A stretch of 45,051 nt of DNA, filler included, from Jimgerdemannia flammicorona (taxonomy: Eukaryota): the NCBI GenBank assembly GCA_003990765.1. It is 2 parts of 2 records of this genome, joined end to end, with 100 filler letters (N's around TTAATTAATTAA, not from the genome) between each part and the next. Parts side by side here need not be neighbours in the genome. Positions count along the whole stretch, not along the records: positions 1 to 22,476 come from RBNJ01001272.1; 1 more part is not named here. One strand, written 5' to 3'. Made by a program: the position numbers and the translations under genes. The first letter of the stretch is position 1, and each line of letters opens with the position of its first letter. The notes beneath the pieces are model-generated. The model was not told the DNA's origin. It made no database searches and saw nothing but the letters and a program-made list of their open reading frames with translations. Of this stretch, positions 10,848-22,576 are shown in pieces.

Positions 10848-13800
10848 ATGAATAGTATAACCAACATTTTTTCTTTGAACATGAATGGGTTATAGAGTGC
10901 TTATTGATATAAGAACATTTTTACTTAGCTGAAGAGATTAGAGGCTGATCTCTTCCTCTTGTAGAATGTCAGGTGTGAGAATGATTTAGATAGACTGGAA
11001 TGGATGAGGGAATGGGAAGGTGAGGCAGTCTGAAAGGACAAGGTTGGAATTCTGGTATGGAAAGGCAGAGGGGAGATAAGGGATGTGTGGAGCTGGGGGG
11101 ACAGATTGGTCTGGGGAGAGTAGATATGCACAGGTTGGGAGCCAGTCACAGTGGGCTCCTGTTGCTGCTCTGCAGTATGGAGTGAGCATGTGGATTGAGT
11201 GAAGGGCCTACAGGAGAGCGGAATTCTTATAGAGGTTGGAGTGGATATGCTTGATGGGGATTTCAATATGGTTTGGGATATGTTGAGGGATAGAACTGAT
11301 GGAGGATGGGGAGCTGAGGGTCAGAGTGGAGGATTAGCAGCATGAGAGGAAGTAGAAAGACTGAGTGTACTGGTGGATGTGGGTAGAGAGTGTTGGGGGA
11401 ACAGGAGGGTATACATACACTGGGCTGAGGGCCTGGAGATGAGGATTGATTGGATTCTGATGGCCAGCTGCTGGGGCTTGGATGTTTGGAAGTCACTGGA
11501 AGTGGAATGGTGTCCTTGGTCAGATCATTGGGGGCTTTTAGGACAGGGACATTTTGGGGAGAGTGGGGATGGGCCTGGACATTGGCATCTCAACTCCTCC
11601 TTATTAGATAATAAGATCCAGTGGAATGAGTGGGCTGAAGACATTCAACGAAGAGTAGAGTGCTAGAGGTAGGAAGGTGCCCCAGTTGGTATTCAGTAGA
11701 TGAGGATGAAGGAGATGGCCAGGACCTACTGGAGTGAGGCTGATAAGGAGGCTGGGAAACAGAGGAGGTGATAGGTGCAATAGACTTCTAGTAGACTGTC
11801 TAGACTCTTGGAGGACTAGGCAAGACTGGTGACATTGGAGGGGAAAGAGGATTGGAGATTGATAAGGATGAAAATAGAGGTGGTTTAACTATAACAGGTG
11901 TTGTGGAAAGAGGAAGAGGCAAGGGTACAGGGTCTGGTGGTATGGCTTCATTGGCAGGAGTTGGAGGAAGGAGAGAGACCCTCAAAGTTTCTCACAAGAG
12001 CCCTTCAGGTGAGAAAGGTGTAACAAAGGTGGGAGGGGGTGCTTAATGCTGATGATATATTGGTGCATGGTGTACGAGACATTCTTGAATTGTTAAAAGA
12101 GTGTTGGAGTAGACTGTAGAGTGAGGAGGAGGGTGGGGCAGATACTGAAGCCATTGACCAAGTGTTGGAGAATTGGCATCCTGCATAAGTAGATGGGCTG
12201 AGTGACCTAGTGCTGCCAGTACAAGAGTAGGAGATCCACCAGGTTCTTGCTGTGACATCACTGGGTATGGTGCCTGGAGAGGATGGTCTGCCCTGAGACT
12301 TATGGAAGAAGATGGTGAGAGTTTCAGGAGTACTGGATGAGATGATAGCACTGTGTGATTGAATTCTACAGACAGGGAGATGGGTGGGGGTACAGGATCT
12401 GAGGTTGCTAGATATGGACAGAAAGTTGATTATCAAGGTAGTGGTCACTAGGCTGCAAAAGGTGACCCAGCAAGTCTTGGGTGATGAGCAGAGGGGCTTT
12501 GTGAGAGGCCAGCTCATTAGGGATAGCACAGCCTGAGTTCATGGAGTTATTGAAGAGATGTGTACCAGTGGACTGGATGGGTGACTGGTCTTTCTGGACC
12601 AGGAGAAGGCTTATGACAGAGTGTGGCAGATCTGGCTGGTGAAAGTATTGGATAGAATTGGAGTCCTACACCAGTTCAGATTGGCCATGGTCAGCCTACT
12701 GGAAGGAAGTAGGGCTGCACTCATGTGTAATGGACACAGAGGGATAGTGTTTCCCCTGGGTAGGGGGGTACCTCAAGGGGACCCACTGTCCCTTATTTTG
12801 TATACTCTTTCCCTGGAGCCCTTCATGGACAGAATAAGGTAGAAGATAGTGGGGCTCTCTACCTTTGGCATTGGGTGGAAAGTAGGGGCCTTTGCAGATG
12901 ACATAATGGTTGGCCTGAGATCAATTGCAGATGTTGAGAAGCTCAAGGAAATAGTAGAGTAGTATGAGGAGAACTCAGGGGCTAAGCTTAATTGGTATAA
13001 GTGTGAAACAATGGTGTTAGGCAATGGTCTGGTGAGAGGGGAGATTATTGGAACCATTGTCCCTACTGGTGAGGCAGTACAGTACTTGGGTATTTATTTG
13101 TCAGTATATGGGTCGGTTTTGCCCAGACTTTAGTGGGAGCAGCAGGTTGGAATCTGGGAGGAGGCTCTGCAGAGTTAGGAGGGCTACCAATTGTCTCTGG
13201 CAGAGCATGTCTCGATTCTGAATATCTATTGACTGCCAAAGTTGTAGTATCTGGCTTGTCATCTGGACTTCTCAGTTTGGGTGGTAAAGCAATTGATAAA
13301 GCTGGCCAAGGGGTGGATCTGGGCTGGGAGATGGAGTCAGATCAGCTGGGAGATAGAGTCAGATCAGCTGGGAGGTCTTGTCCTTACTGGTGGTAAGTGG
13401 GGGACTTGGACTGGTTGACGTTCCTAAGAGGCTGTACTGCTTGAGAGTATGGTGGCTGAAGAGAGCAGTGGAGTTGAGTGGGAGAGATTGGGTCCCCCTA
13501 TTGTAAAAAGTCTGAGAGATGAGGTCCTCACCTAGGGGTTCGATGGTGATCTCCTAGCATTTGTTGGCCTTTGAAACACCAAACAATTATGATACAAAGG
13601 CTTCTGGTGGAGAGTGGCAGAGGGGGTGTGCTGTATTGAAATTCAGTGGCAAGGAAATGAAGGGGAGGCAGCTTGGGGCCTGGCAATGTGGAGATGGGAC
13701 TGAGTATTACTGGGTGGTATTCTCTTAACTGAGTTTGACATTAGTAATGAGATCGAATGCCAATGGGGACCAGGCCAGAATCTGTGGTCTAGTAGTTAGC

Positions 13801-14500
13801 AAAGAGTAGGAATCAATAAGGAATGAGACTGGTATAGCATTTGGGCTTGGAGTGCTGAGGTGAGGAGGTGGATACTGCTGAAGTACTGGGTGGCCTGGTG
13901 GTGCATGCTGAGGCAGAATATTATGCTCAACTTCTGCTCAGATCACCTTATTAAGGGGGATTGCTTTAACTGTGAAGAGTGTTATAATGTAGGGCAGGAA
14001 GGGGGTTATGTGCAGATATCTGAACATTGGCTAGGAGAGTGTGAGGTACTTAGTACCTTTTGGCAGACCATTAGGGATCATTTGGAGATAGTGTGTAGGA
14101 GAGCTGGCATGGGAGGATTTGAGAGATAGATTGGTGGAGAGGGTGGGGAAGAAATAGCTTACATTAGGCTGGGCTTTGGCCATTTGGGTGGGGCTGGCCA
14201 GTTACTGGTTATTTTTTTTTGAGGATGGGAGGAGACTAGGCTCAGAGGTCAGGCTGCTGCAGTAGCATAGCCTTATGGAAGACACCTTGACAAGCTAGTG
14301 GCTTGGTTGGGGGGTTGCAGAGTGGTCAAAGGCATCATTTGGTAGAGAAAATCTATAGGCAGAGTGGGGGGAGAGTTGGAGTCACAGGTGAGAGAGTGGT
14401 CTTTGTTCGTGAAGATAGGAAGAGTGGCCCCCCTATGGGGATCAGGTAGTGGGAGGGTATACTGTAAACTTATTAATAGACTGATAATAAATGGCAGAGT
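10848..14500 (+). pseudogene. LINE-A ORF2: APE endonuclease, RT and C-terminal Zn knuckle, disrupted
   Basis: MNSITNIFSLNMNGL, GDFNMV, RIDWIL, WSDHW, WHLNSSLL, LDQEKAYDRV, RGVPQGDPLS, AFADD, YLGI, CFNC…HWLGEC. The 3' end is approximate. Confidence 0.92.
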
Positions 14501-16728
14501 CCAAGTAACAATAAAAAAAAAAAAAAAAAAAAAAAAAAAGTTCAAGTATCTGTACAAATTGTTATATAAGTTCAGGATGTTAGTAGAATTTTAATAGTAT
14601 AGAAAAAGGATACCAGAAGAATTTCTGAGTTATGTAAGATCAGAATATCAGAAGAATAACAGTTATATAGAAAAAAGATACTAGTGTTACTAAGAACTTA
14701 GAGCAGAAAGTTCAAAATCATAGGGGCTCTTCAATCTATGAGGTTCTCTTCTATAAAATAAGAGACAAATGTGGGATCTTGAAGAGATCTAATCTGGATA
14801 CTGGGGCCTTGGAATACTGAGATCAATTTTTGTAGAAATTTATCAGGATTGTCCTCAAGGATAGAGTTCCAGAACTCTCCTATCTCATCACTATTGAGGG
14901 TGATAGTGAACTGGGCTTCTGTGGTCACTATGACCTCTAGTGTATTGGTATGGCAGGCTGACAGTTCCTTAAAGTCTGAGATTCTAGTGTACTCCAAGTT
15001 GGAGATTGACTATAATATATGCCTGAAGATCTGATGAATCTTCTTAGCTATTCTTATTTCATATACATCTATGGAAGTGGCATCTTATATTTCTTGATAA
15101 CTGGTCTGAGGAAATTTCTGATAGAGAAAGTTTTCTATTTCATACTCCTGCTATATCCAGAGGTATTTAGTAGTAATGGTGATCCTTATTTCTATTTTAC
15201 AGTAGTAGAGAATATAATAATAAGGATCATCAGTACCTAGGTTAAGGCTAGGAGTCCTTCTTGTGCAGGTCCTCATGACTCTTCTGATGTCTTGGAATAT
15301 CCTTTTCTGGACTAAGAGGTCTTAGTGGTTTCTAGACCTTGAGATTTGGTAAGCAGCAGGCATTTTGTTTATAGTAAGTCTTTAGAACTATTTCTGTGAG
15401 CTTTGTTTGAATTGCTACTACTGTGGTTTCTTGATCCTTTTTTTATATTTCTTAAGATATTCATCTTATAGTCACAATGACTCATGGTTGGTCATTATTG
15501 CTCATCTGGTAGCCCAGATAAGTTATACTATATGATCTTCTTATATTCTAATCTGGTGACTTGTAAGAAAAGGCTGTCTCTTGTGCTGATGTCATCATTC
15601 TGAGATCACTATTATAATATATATTAGAGGGATATCTTTGTTATTATCCACTTTTGCTAGTAGGGTTTATAATCTTTTATTATAGAATACTTAAGAAAGA
15701 GTAGAGAGAAGATAGTAATTATTTATTGATACTAGCTTATGTACTTATATATATATATATTAATAATATTTATAGTAATGATACATATAGTCAGACTATA
15801 TCACTATATATTGAGTTACTATAACTAAGATATTTTAATACTTAAGTAAATATTACTACTTAATCTTATCATTTGTATATATTAATACTATTGTATAAAA
15901 TGTTTATTTTATTTTTTACTTTAAATTTCAAAATACTACAATTATAGTATAATAGAAAAAATAAAATATTTACTCTTCTGATAAATATTTAATAAATTAT
16001 TACAGTAATAGAGAGATATAAAAGATGTTTTATTAATTAGAATACTAAATATTTTCAGTATACATAGTTCAGTATTCAACTATTATTTTAATAATATAAC
16101 TGTATTATGTTGTTGAAATAAGAAGTGGGCCAAGTATAGAATATGGGTTCCAAATACTAACATTTCACTAGAAATTAGTGTATCATAAGACAACCTGTCA
16201 AACCTGAAAAGTGAGCGCCGGATGTAGGTAGATGAAGTGACCGCTGGATGCAGGTAGATGTCCATCAGATGCGGATGCTCACTAGATGCAAATGTCAGAT
16301 GTCCTTAATGTAGATATCAGATAGCCCCAGATGTCCCGGATGCAAAAAAATTCGTGATGCTAGTAGAGCTCGAGAATGCTACCTGCTTTCATCTCTCTGG
16401 AGAATGACTGCCTGCGGTGACCTAGAAGATTTCTAGGTGCCATCTAGAAGTTGTAGAGTCCATTTCTAGACGTTTCGTAGACGACGTCTTTGGTTGTAGA
16501 GTAATGTACTTAGGTGTCGCTTTGAGGAGCTGTGAAATTGTAGTTGTAGAGAAAAATGCCCGACTCGGAAGCGACCGGAACGAAATGAGAGAAAAGAGCG
16601 AGGGCATCGAATACGAAAAAGTCCTCCATGTTGTTTGTCGACTAGTCCCTGTACTTCGCCACCATCCGTCTCAGAGGTAGCTGCATCACAAATCCTGGTA
16701 CCGTACGTTGGATACCTGCGCCATCATT

Positions 16729-16820
16729 TAAGCCATATGGAACCGTGACGGCCGCTAAGCCAATGGAACCGTGACGGCTGTTAGCCAATGGAACCGTGAC
16801 GGCTTCTAGCCAATCGGCTG
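16729..16820. repeat. Tandem ~25-bp repeat (3 full units plus a partial) upstream of the RBR gene
   Basis: Unit T(A/T)AGCCAATGGAACCGTGACGGC(C/T)G, seen directly. It contains CCAAT and the palindrome CCG-TGA-CGG. Confidence 0.85.
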
Positions 16821-17065
16821 CTAATATGCTCAAATAGGACAAATTCCGATGCTGAGGGGTGAGATAGATTAAAAAAGGGAGAGAGGTTCTCAGAGTGAAT
16901 GGTCATTAGATCATGTATGCAGATAACCTTAATATACATGTGCCCCTTGCGAAATACACTTTCGGCTGAGCATCGATTCGGAATAAAAAGCGAATCTCTC
17001 ATTTACCACAATTCATACTGCACACACCGTACACATTTCTGACTCACTTTATTGATTCAAGAAAA

Positions 17066-18502
17066 ATGTCACTTACCACTCGACGTCGCCCATATACATA
17101 TCCATCTTCCAGAGAGGAAGCGGAATCCCTCCTCACCGCCGTCGACCTCCAACTCGCCGACCTCTCCGACCTTCGCGACATCTCAAAGGGCAAATCCGTA
17201 GACCCAAGCAACTACGAAATTGCCATTGATGACTACGAATCAGAGCTTGTCGCCTTCAAGACGTTCCTCCGGGATCGTATTCAAGTGATGGGTCATAGAG
17301 AAGCACAAAGGACCGACGCCGCTCTTCTGGAGAATTTTCAGAGGCTTGAAGAGCAAGAACGCCAAGACCACGAACTCGCGTTTCTTCTGTCCCGCGGTTT
17401 GAGCCTGAACGGCGCACAGGCCAGGATGGAGTTGCCATCTGCGGAGCCAAGTACTGCCGGTCCGAGGTTGAGCCGCCCACCGGCCAGGGTAGAGTTGCCA
17501 TCTGCGGAGTCAAGTTCTGCCGGTCTGAGATTGAGCCGCACACCGACCAGAGTGGAGTCGCCATTAGTTCGTGCGGAGTCAAGTACCACCCGTCTGAGTT
17601 CGACCAATATGTTCGGCCGCGCGTTGGGCAACTTGAAATGGTCGAGTAATACCGAGCCCATAATGGATTCTGCAGAATGCGCTTCGTGCTTGAACGCGAC
17701 CGACGATCTCCACAAGATGGACAACTGTGACCATTATTTTTGCACCGATTGTTTGCGTACGCTCTTCACTCTGGCATCCAAAGACGAGAGCCTACTTCCC
17801 GTTTCCTGTTGCAGTAAGCCAATTAACCTCCAGCTCGCTCACCACGTCCTCAAGTCAAACGATCTCAAGAACCTCCTTCGCGCTGTTCTGGAGCACCAGA
17901 CTCCCAACAAACTCTACTGCCCTGTCCAAACCTGCTCGAGATTTATTCCCCTCACCGACATCTCCCCTGCAAACGGTAAAATTACCTGTCCAGGTTGTGC
18001 CTGTTTCATCTGTGTCCACTGCAAGCAGCGCGCGCACGGCACACAAGACTGTCCTGAGGACGCCGACGCCCATTCGTTCGCCGCATTTGCGCAGGAGCAA
18101 GGGTGGCAGCGGTGCGGCCGGTGCGGCAAGTATGTCGAGCTCGAGCAAGGATGTTATCATATGACGTGCGCCTGCTCGTACCAATTCTGTTACCTATGCG
18201 GAGTTGAATGGAAGAAATGTGAGTGCCGGCAATGGGATGAGAATAGGCTCATCACTATGGCGAGGGAGCGTGTGCACATCCAGCAGCCGCAATTGAGAGG
18301 AGAGCGGTTGCGTGCAGAGGTACAAGAGTTTGCCCAGCGGCTTAGGAACGACCACGAGTGCACGCATCAGTGGAGAAAACAAAACCTGGCAGCTCGGAGG
18401 AATTGCGAACGTTGTAGGTTCAGCATGGCACACTATTGCTATAACTGTTCAACCTGTCTTATTAACGTGTGCCATACTTGCCGGTTCCACAGGATTAGGT
18501 AG
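17066..18502 (+). CDS. RBR (RING1-IBR-RING2) E3 ubiquitin-protein ligase, fungal IBR-finger type, intronless, 478 aa
   Basis: RING1 CASC…CDHYFCTDC…CC; IBR CPVQTC…CPGC…CVHC…H…C; RING2 CGRC…GCYHMTCACSYQFCYLC with the catalytic Cys motif; C-terminal Cys-rich CERC…CSTC…CHTC. Open frame, CpG-rich. Confidence 0.95.
   Translation: MSLTTRRRPYTYPSSREEAESLLTAVDLQLADLSDLRDISKGKSVDPSNYEIAIDDYESELVAFKTFLRDRIQVMGHREAQRTDAALLENFQRLEEQERQDHELAFLLSRGLSLNGAQARMELPSAEPSTAGPRLSRPPARVELPSAESSSAGLRLSRTPTRVESPLVRAESSTTRLSSTNMFGRALGNLKWSSNTEPIMDSAECASCLNATDDLHKMDNCDHYFCTDCLRTLFTLASKDESLLPVSCCSKPINLQLAHHVLKSNDLKNLLRAVLEHQTPNKLYCPVQTCSRFIPLTDISPANGKITCPGCACFICVHCKQRAHGTQDCPEDADAHSFAAFAQEQGWQRCGRCGKYVELEQGCYHMTCACSYQFCYLCGVEWKKCECRQWDENRLITMARERVHIQQPQLRGERLRAEVQEFAQRLRNDHECTHQWRKQNLAARRNCERCRFSMAHYCYNCSTCLINVCHTCRFHRIR
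17420..17600 (+). repeat. In-frame 63-bp tandem repeat (about 3 units) in the RBR linker
   Basis: ARMELPSAEPSTAGPRLSRPP / ARVELPSAESSSAGLRLSRTP / TRVESPLVRAESSTTRLS, with units starting at 17420, 17483 and 17546. Confidence 0.9.
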
Positions 18503-21363
18503 CGGCGTTTATATGTATCATGCTAATATCAGTAAAAAAAAAAAAAGGGTAGTATAGAATAGTTTGTAGCTTGAATAAATAAACAGGTCGTCCGGATTGC
18601 GTTGCAACCGTCAAATATGCGAGTAAGATGATCGTCGCCGTTTTCACAGGCATCAGTAACGACTCCTTGCATGCACATCCCAACGGTTTAGTTGGTCATG
18701 TGAAATGTCGGGAAATCCAATCCAGTATTATGTCGAATATACGTTCTCGTAAGTTACGCAAAGCCCCTCAGGCATGCAACCCAGCCTTTTTTTTTTACCT
18801 TCCCTCAAGAAAGCAACTGAAAATCTTTACAGGGCTTGCTCAACAATTCCGCTCTAAATCTACGAACCAATCTGCCAGGCCCTCCATACGAACAGTTGTT
18901 TGAAGACTACCACAGCCCGAAAATCTTCAAACATCTCATGAATAATTAGAAAAAATCGTATCCCGAGTACATCGCGTCCTGCAGATGTTTGTCACTCACG
19001 CACGGACTAACGGAGTCTTGCTTCTTGGCCTGTTCGTTGCGGTGCGAACTTGCCACCCCGAATGACGTCGTATACCCTAGGAAGACTTGAACCGGGTTCC
19101 CACTTTGAGCCTGTCCGGATGGCGAAAGAACGAGCAAACAGCTGATGGGGGTGAAATTTGATTTGGATAAAAAGGGATCTGGCTGAGGAGAAATGGTAAT
19201 TCAGGTTATCGGGGGAGGTCTTTGATGAAACTGTTCGTAGATAATGAGAGATTCGTTCTGTTCCCATATTCCGATTTGCACATTGCTATTCAAGCTGAAA
19301 CCTTCAATCACATCTTGGTTTCTTACTCGTACTTTTGGGCGGCAACCGTTGGGGAGGAGGGGGTTTTAATATTTTAAATATAGTAAAATTTTACCTAGAA
19401 TTTGTTATATTTTTCTTTTTATTTGGAGGGTAACCAGCGCCTACTCCGTTTTCGAAAGATGAGCAAGAGCATATACTCCACAAAGCTAACACAGCGAGTG
19501 TCGGAGAGAGATTTCTTTTTTCCAAGTACAAGCTGACATTTCAGTGACCTATTACTAGGCAGGTCATATAGCCCAGGCCTTCCTATGGGACTTCAAGCTC
19601 GCATTTCCGAAGTGCACGTCATCACATAATGATGCACATGACTCGGTCGGATCTTGACTTTACATCGAGGTGCATCCATTTAATCATTCAAATGCAAACC
19701 GGATCCGTGCGCGTAAGCATAACAATAAAATCTCCATGCTCGTCGCATTTCTACCGCATTGCCGACCCGTCGTCGGATTTCGCCACAATTTCGTTTTCGG
19801 GTAGTAAACATGTGCCAAAGGATGGAAAAGTTGTGTTGATTTCCCCGATTCCATGCATCCGTGGAACTGCCATTTCCTATACAAAATGCTCCAGCGGATT
19901 TATTTACGATTGGCGCGGCGGGAATTGACTTGAGCTGTTTGGCTCCACCTCTGAGGTGGGCGCACTCTCTATTGAATATTTGTTATTGTACATGTTTACA
20001 AATGAACAGCGCGACGTGGGAGCTATTGGCGGCCTGCGGTTTCTGAGGACAAGAAGCTTCATCGACCCCAGTCTAAGTGTTTAAGTTGTAATTGCCACGT
20101 CTTCGGATTATTCTCTCCGATTTCGATGGCCTCAAATCTACCGCTCACAAAGTAATATGTTATGCACCCACACATGCAAATGGTTTTTCTATGTATATAT
20201 ATGAATGGCGTATTGTCCCTACTAACCTTCTCAGTCCTCTTCGACCAAAATATCTGTCCAACAAGAAACTCTCTCCACTCTGTCACGCCCGCGCGGACAA
20301 AATCGTCGTCGTTCATTCCGTGGTGGCCTTTGTCGGCGCAGTGGTCGACTAGTCTGTCTCTCCATCTCAGCAATACCATCCTTATTATCGCCTTTGAATT
20401 TTTCGCTCCTCAATATGAATTAATTCCGCGGCAGTTGAACTCACAACGGTGCCATCTCAACCTTTGTATTTGCAGCGTGTCTCCTGGTTCGCCCGGATAT
20501 TGAAGAACCGCTGCCACTGTAACAATTCGGCGCTGTCGGACCGGGCTGGGTAGGAGAGGTATGTAAGGGAGGTCGGCAAGGCCGACCGGTTGTGTGGTTC
20601 CGATATGACTAAGAGGTATATGTGTATGTGGCGAGGCGGGTTTGACCGTCGTGATGAATATATGGGTGAAATATAAGATAAATACCGAAAGCCTCATGAT
20701 CTGCCAATGTCCGACTACCTCGCTCAATGACGTTCGACTTCCTTGAGTCACGATGAAGACCGTCCTCAATAATTACAACCTTACCTCTACGAATAATTAA
20801 TATTCAAACATCTACTCGCTCTTCCTCGCCATCCATCGTAGTTTTGAATGAACGGTTTTATAGACTGGCTCTGGAGAGTTTGTGTGTTTCCATGAGGATT
20901 TGGTGTGTTGTTTTATTCAAGCGTTCGGATACTTCCCATCAAATGTAAGAAATAAATTCGGACATTCTGCCATAGACATACGATGCAAAACTTATTTTGA
21001 CCCTTGGGCCGCATACAATGCAGGGGTTTGCATTTGGTCTCGAGTTGGGTTTGGTCGAACGGCCCTTACGGAACATGAATACCTTGAAGAACTTTTAATT
21101 TCTGGGCATTATCGTGCTTCGGAAATATGTCGGAAATCACGAAATTGATCGTTTTAGTGCACGACAACAATGAACCGCAGCAAGTTGTCCCTGACATGGT
21201 TAGAAACCAATACCTTCTTGCTGCAAGATATCTCGGCGACTGCCGACAGCTCTCCTGATGGCAGAGCCGCAGCAACGTTACATTTGGCTGTGACTGTATT
21301 CGCTTATTATAGCTTATAACATTTGTGACTTCCACTCTGATGCCGCAGTAACTTTAATTGCCC

Positions 21364-21370
21364 TATAAAA
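21364..21370 (+). promoter_or_regulatory. Putative TATA box of the ABC gene
   Basis: TATAAAA about 70 nt upstream of the ACC-ATG at 21434. Confidence 0.55.
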
Positions 21371-21433
21371 GCACCACCTCCTTGCCATTCTTACCAGCAA
21401 CACAGAAGTGTGTCATCCCTCCCGCAATCCACC

Positions 21434-22451
21434 ATGCCCCTGACCCAACACTTTTTCACCGTCCTTTCCACAAACTACCCCTCCCTTATTCTCGAACCCG
21501 ATGTTCGCGAGTACCTTGAGTCCATGCTTGCGGATGAAGCCATCGGCGGCGATCCTGTCGCATTGAAGGAAGCCACCGAGGGGTTCCTGACCGATGCCGG
21601 AATGGCAGAGGATGACAAGGATAGCTTTTACGAGGCTCTCAAGTCTGTGCATGATGGGCCTGAGACAAGCGAAGCCAATGCGACGGAATCGAAAAAATTG
21701 ACGGAGGAGGATCGCAACAAGATCATCCGACCTACAGCAGTGACAACGACAGTAAGTTGTTCCGGATGCTTCAATCGACAAAAATTGGTTTGTGAAAACC
21801 CCAACCGTATATTCACATCAGCACCACAATCCATTTGTCTCCAGCCCGTCCCTCCCTCCATTCCATCCACCACAACCACCACCACCACCACTACCACAAC
21901 CACTGCCACCACCACTACCACCACAGCGCCACCTCCCTCCGGTTCCGTCAAACCCAAACGACGCGATAAAAAAGCTGCGCTTCCCGAGGTCCTGGGCACA
22001 CCCGAGATTGTGGCGATTTCCCAGCAATCAAGGTTCCACCTCGAGACCATCGAAGCTAACACGACTGAGATAGACCTCAAGCAGGTCAACATCACGGTCG
22101 GCGATCGCGACCTTCTCGTCAACGCGCATCTAAGGCTCAAGTCCGGAATTCGATATGGACTGTTTGGGAAGAATGGAGTAGGGAAATCGAGTAAGTTGGG
22201 TACCAGCCTTTTTTTTTTTTTTTTCCCTCCGGAGAAACTTAATCCTGCGGCTCATGTTCGTCATTATTCAATCGCACGATGTATCATAGCTCTACTCCGT
22301 GTCATGGGTGAAAACATGCTGGTCGGTCTTCCCCAAAATGTCAGAATTTTGTACATACAGCAGCTCGAGGTTTTAGACGACACACGTTCCATTCTGGATA
22401 CAGTTCTGAGTGCTGACAAGGAGAGAGAGAGGACGGTTAGGGAAGCAGATG
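21434..22451 (+). CDS. ABC ATPase, probably soluble ABC-F subfamily; 5' part only (exons 21434-21751, 21845-22190, 22290-22451, then intron and gap)
   Basis: GT-AG introns 21752-21844 and 22191-22289. Removing the second restores Walker A GKNGVGKSTLL. Also RYGLFG before Walker A, Q-loop ILYIQQ, SQQSRFH ahead of NBD1, and no TM domain before the NBD. The intron 1 acceptor is less certain. Confidence 0.85.
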
Positions 22452-22476
22452 GTATGCATTTGAATATTGCGGTTCT

Positions 22477-22576
22477 NNNNNNNNNNNNNNNNNNNNNNNN
22501 NNNNNNNNNNNNNNNNNNNNTTAATTAATTAANNNNNNNNNNNNNNNNNNNNNNNNNNNNNNNNNNNNNNNNNNNN
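22477..22576. other. Assembly gap with TTAATTAATTAA spacer
   Basis: 100-nt N block with a six-frame stop linker at 22521-22532. Confidence 0.97.

Larger units (their letters stand above)
8707..14537 (+). mobile_element. Full-length L1/Tx1-clade non-LTR retrotransposon (LINE-A)
   Basis: Perfect 14-bp TSD AAGTTCAAGTATCT (8693-8706 / 14538-14551), poly(A) tail 14513-14537, AATAAA at 14486-14491, and ORF1 plus ORF2 remnants. Confidence 0.95.
8357..15616 (-). repeat. 5' LTR of G1, interrupted by LINE-A and carrying a ~210-bp deletion
   Basis: 8357-8706 matches 938-1287, and 14552-15608 matches 1288-2564 except for a missing segment equivalent to ~1467-1680. Confidence 0.9.

Noticed and set aside
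8731..13057. Many Ser/Pro-rich minus-strand ORFs (e.g. 9138-10076, 312 aa)
   Set aside because: Antisense shadows of the G-rich LINE ORF1 and ORF2, with no independent domain signal.
15617..15840. Remainder of a Copia LTR split by G1
   Set aside because: Plausible by position, but too AT-decayed and with no second copy in the window to confirm.
16729..16820. Possible CRISPR-like repeat
   Set aside because: Units are head-to-tail with no unique spacers, the context is eukaryotic, and there are no cas genes.
16187..18592. Transposon TIRs enclosing the RBR gene (GACAACCTGT vs ACAGGTCGTC)
   Set aside because: Only a 9/10 match with no TSD, which is compatible with chance.
18600..21350. Short ORFs in the CpG-rich spacer (e.g. 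19629-19928, 20882-21148)
   Set aside because: No recognisable domain and no consistent splice model. A small spliced gene or pseudogene cannot be excluded without RNA-seq.
22521..22532. Palindrome TTAATTAATTAA inside the N run
   Set aside because: Artificial six-frame stop linker from scaffolding. Adjacency across the gap is also not guaranteed.
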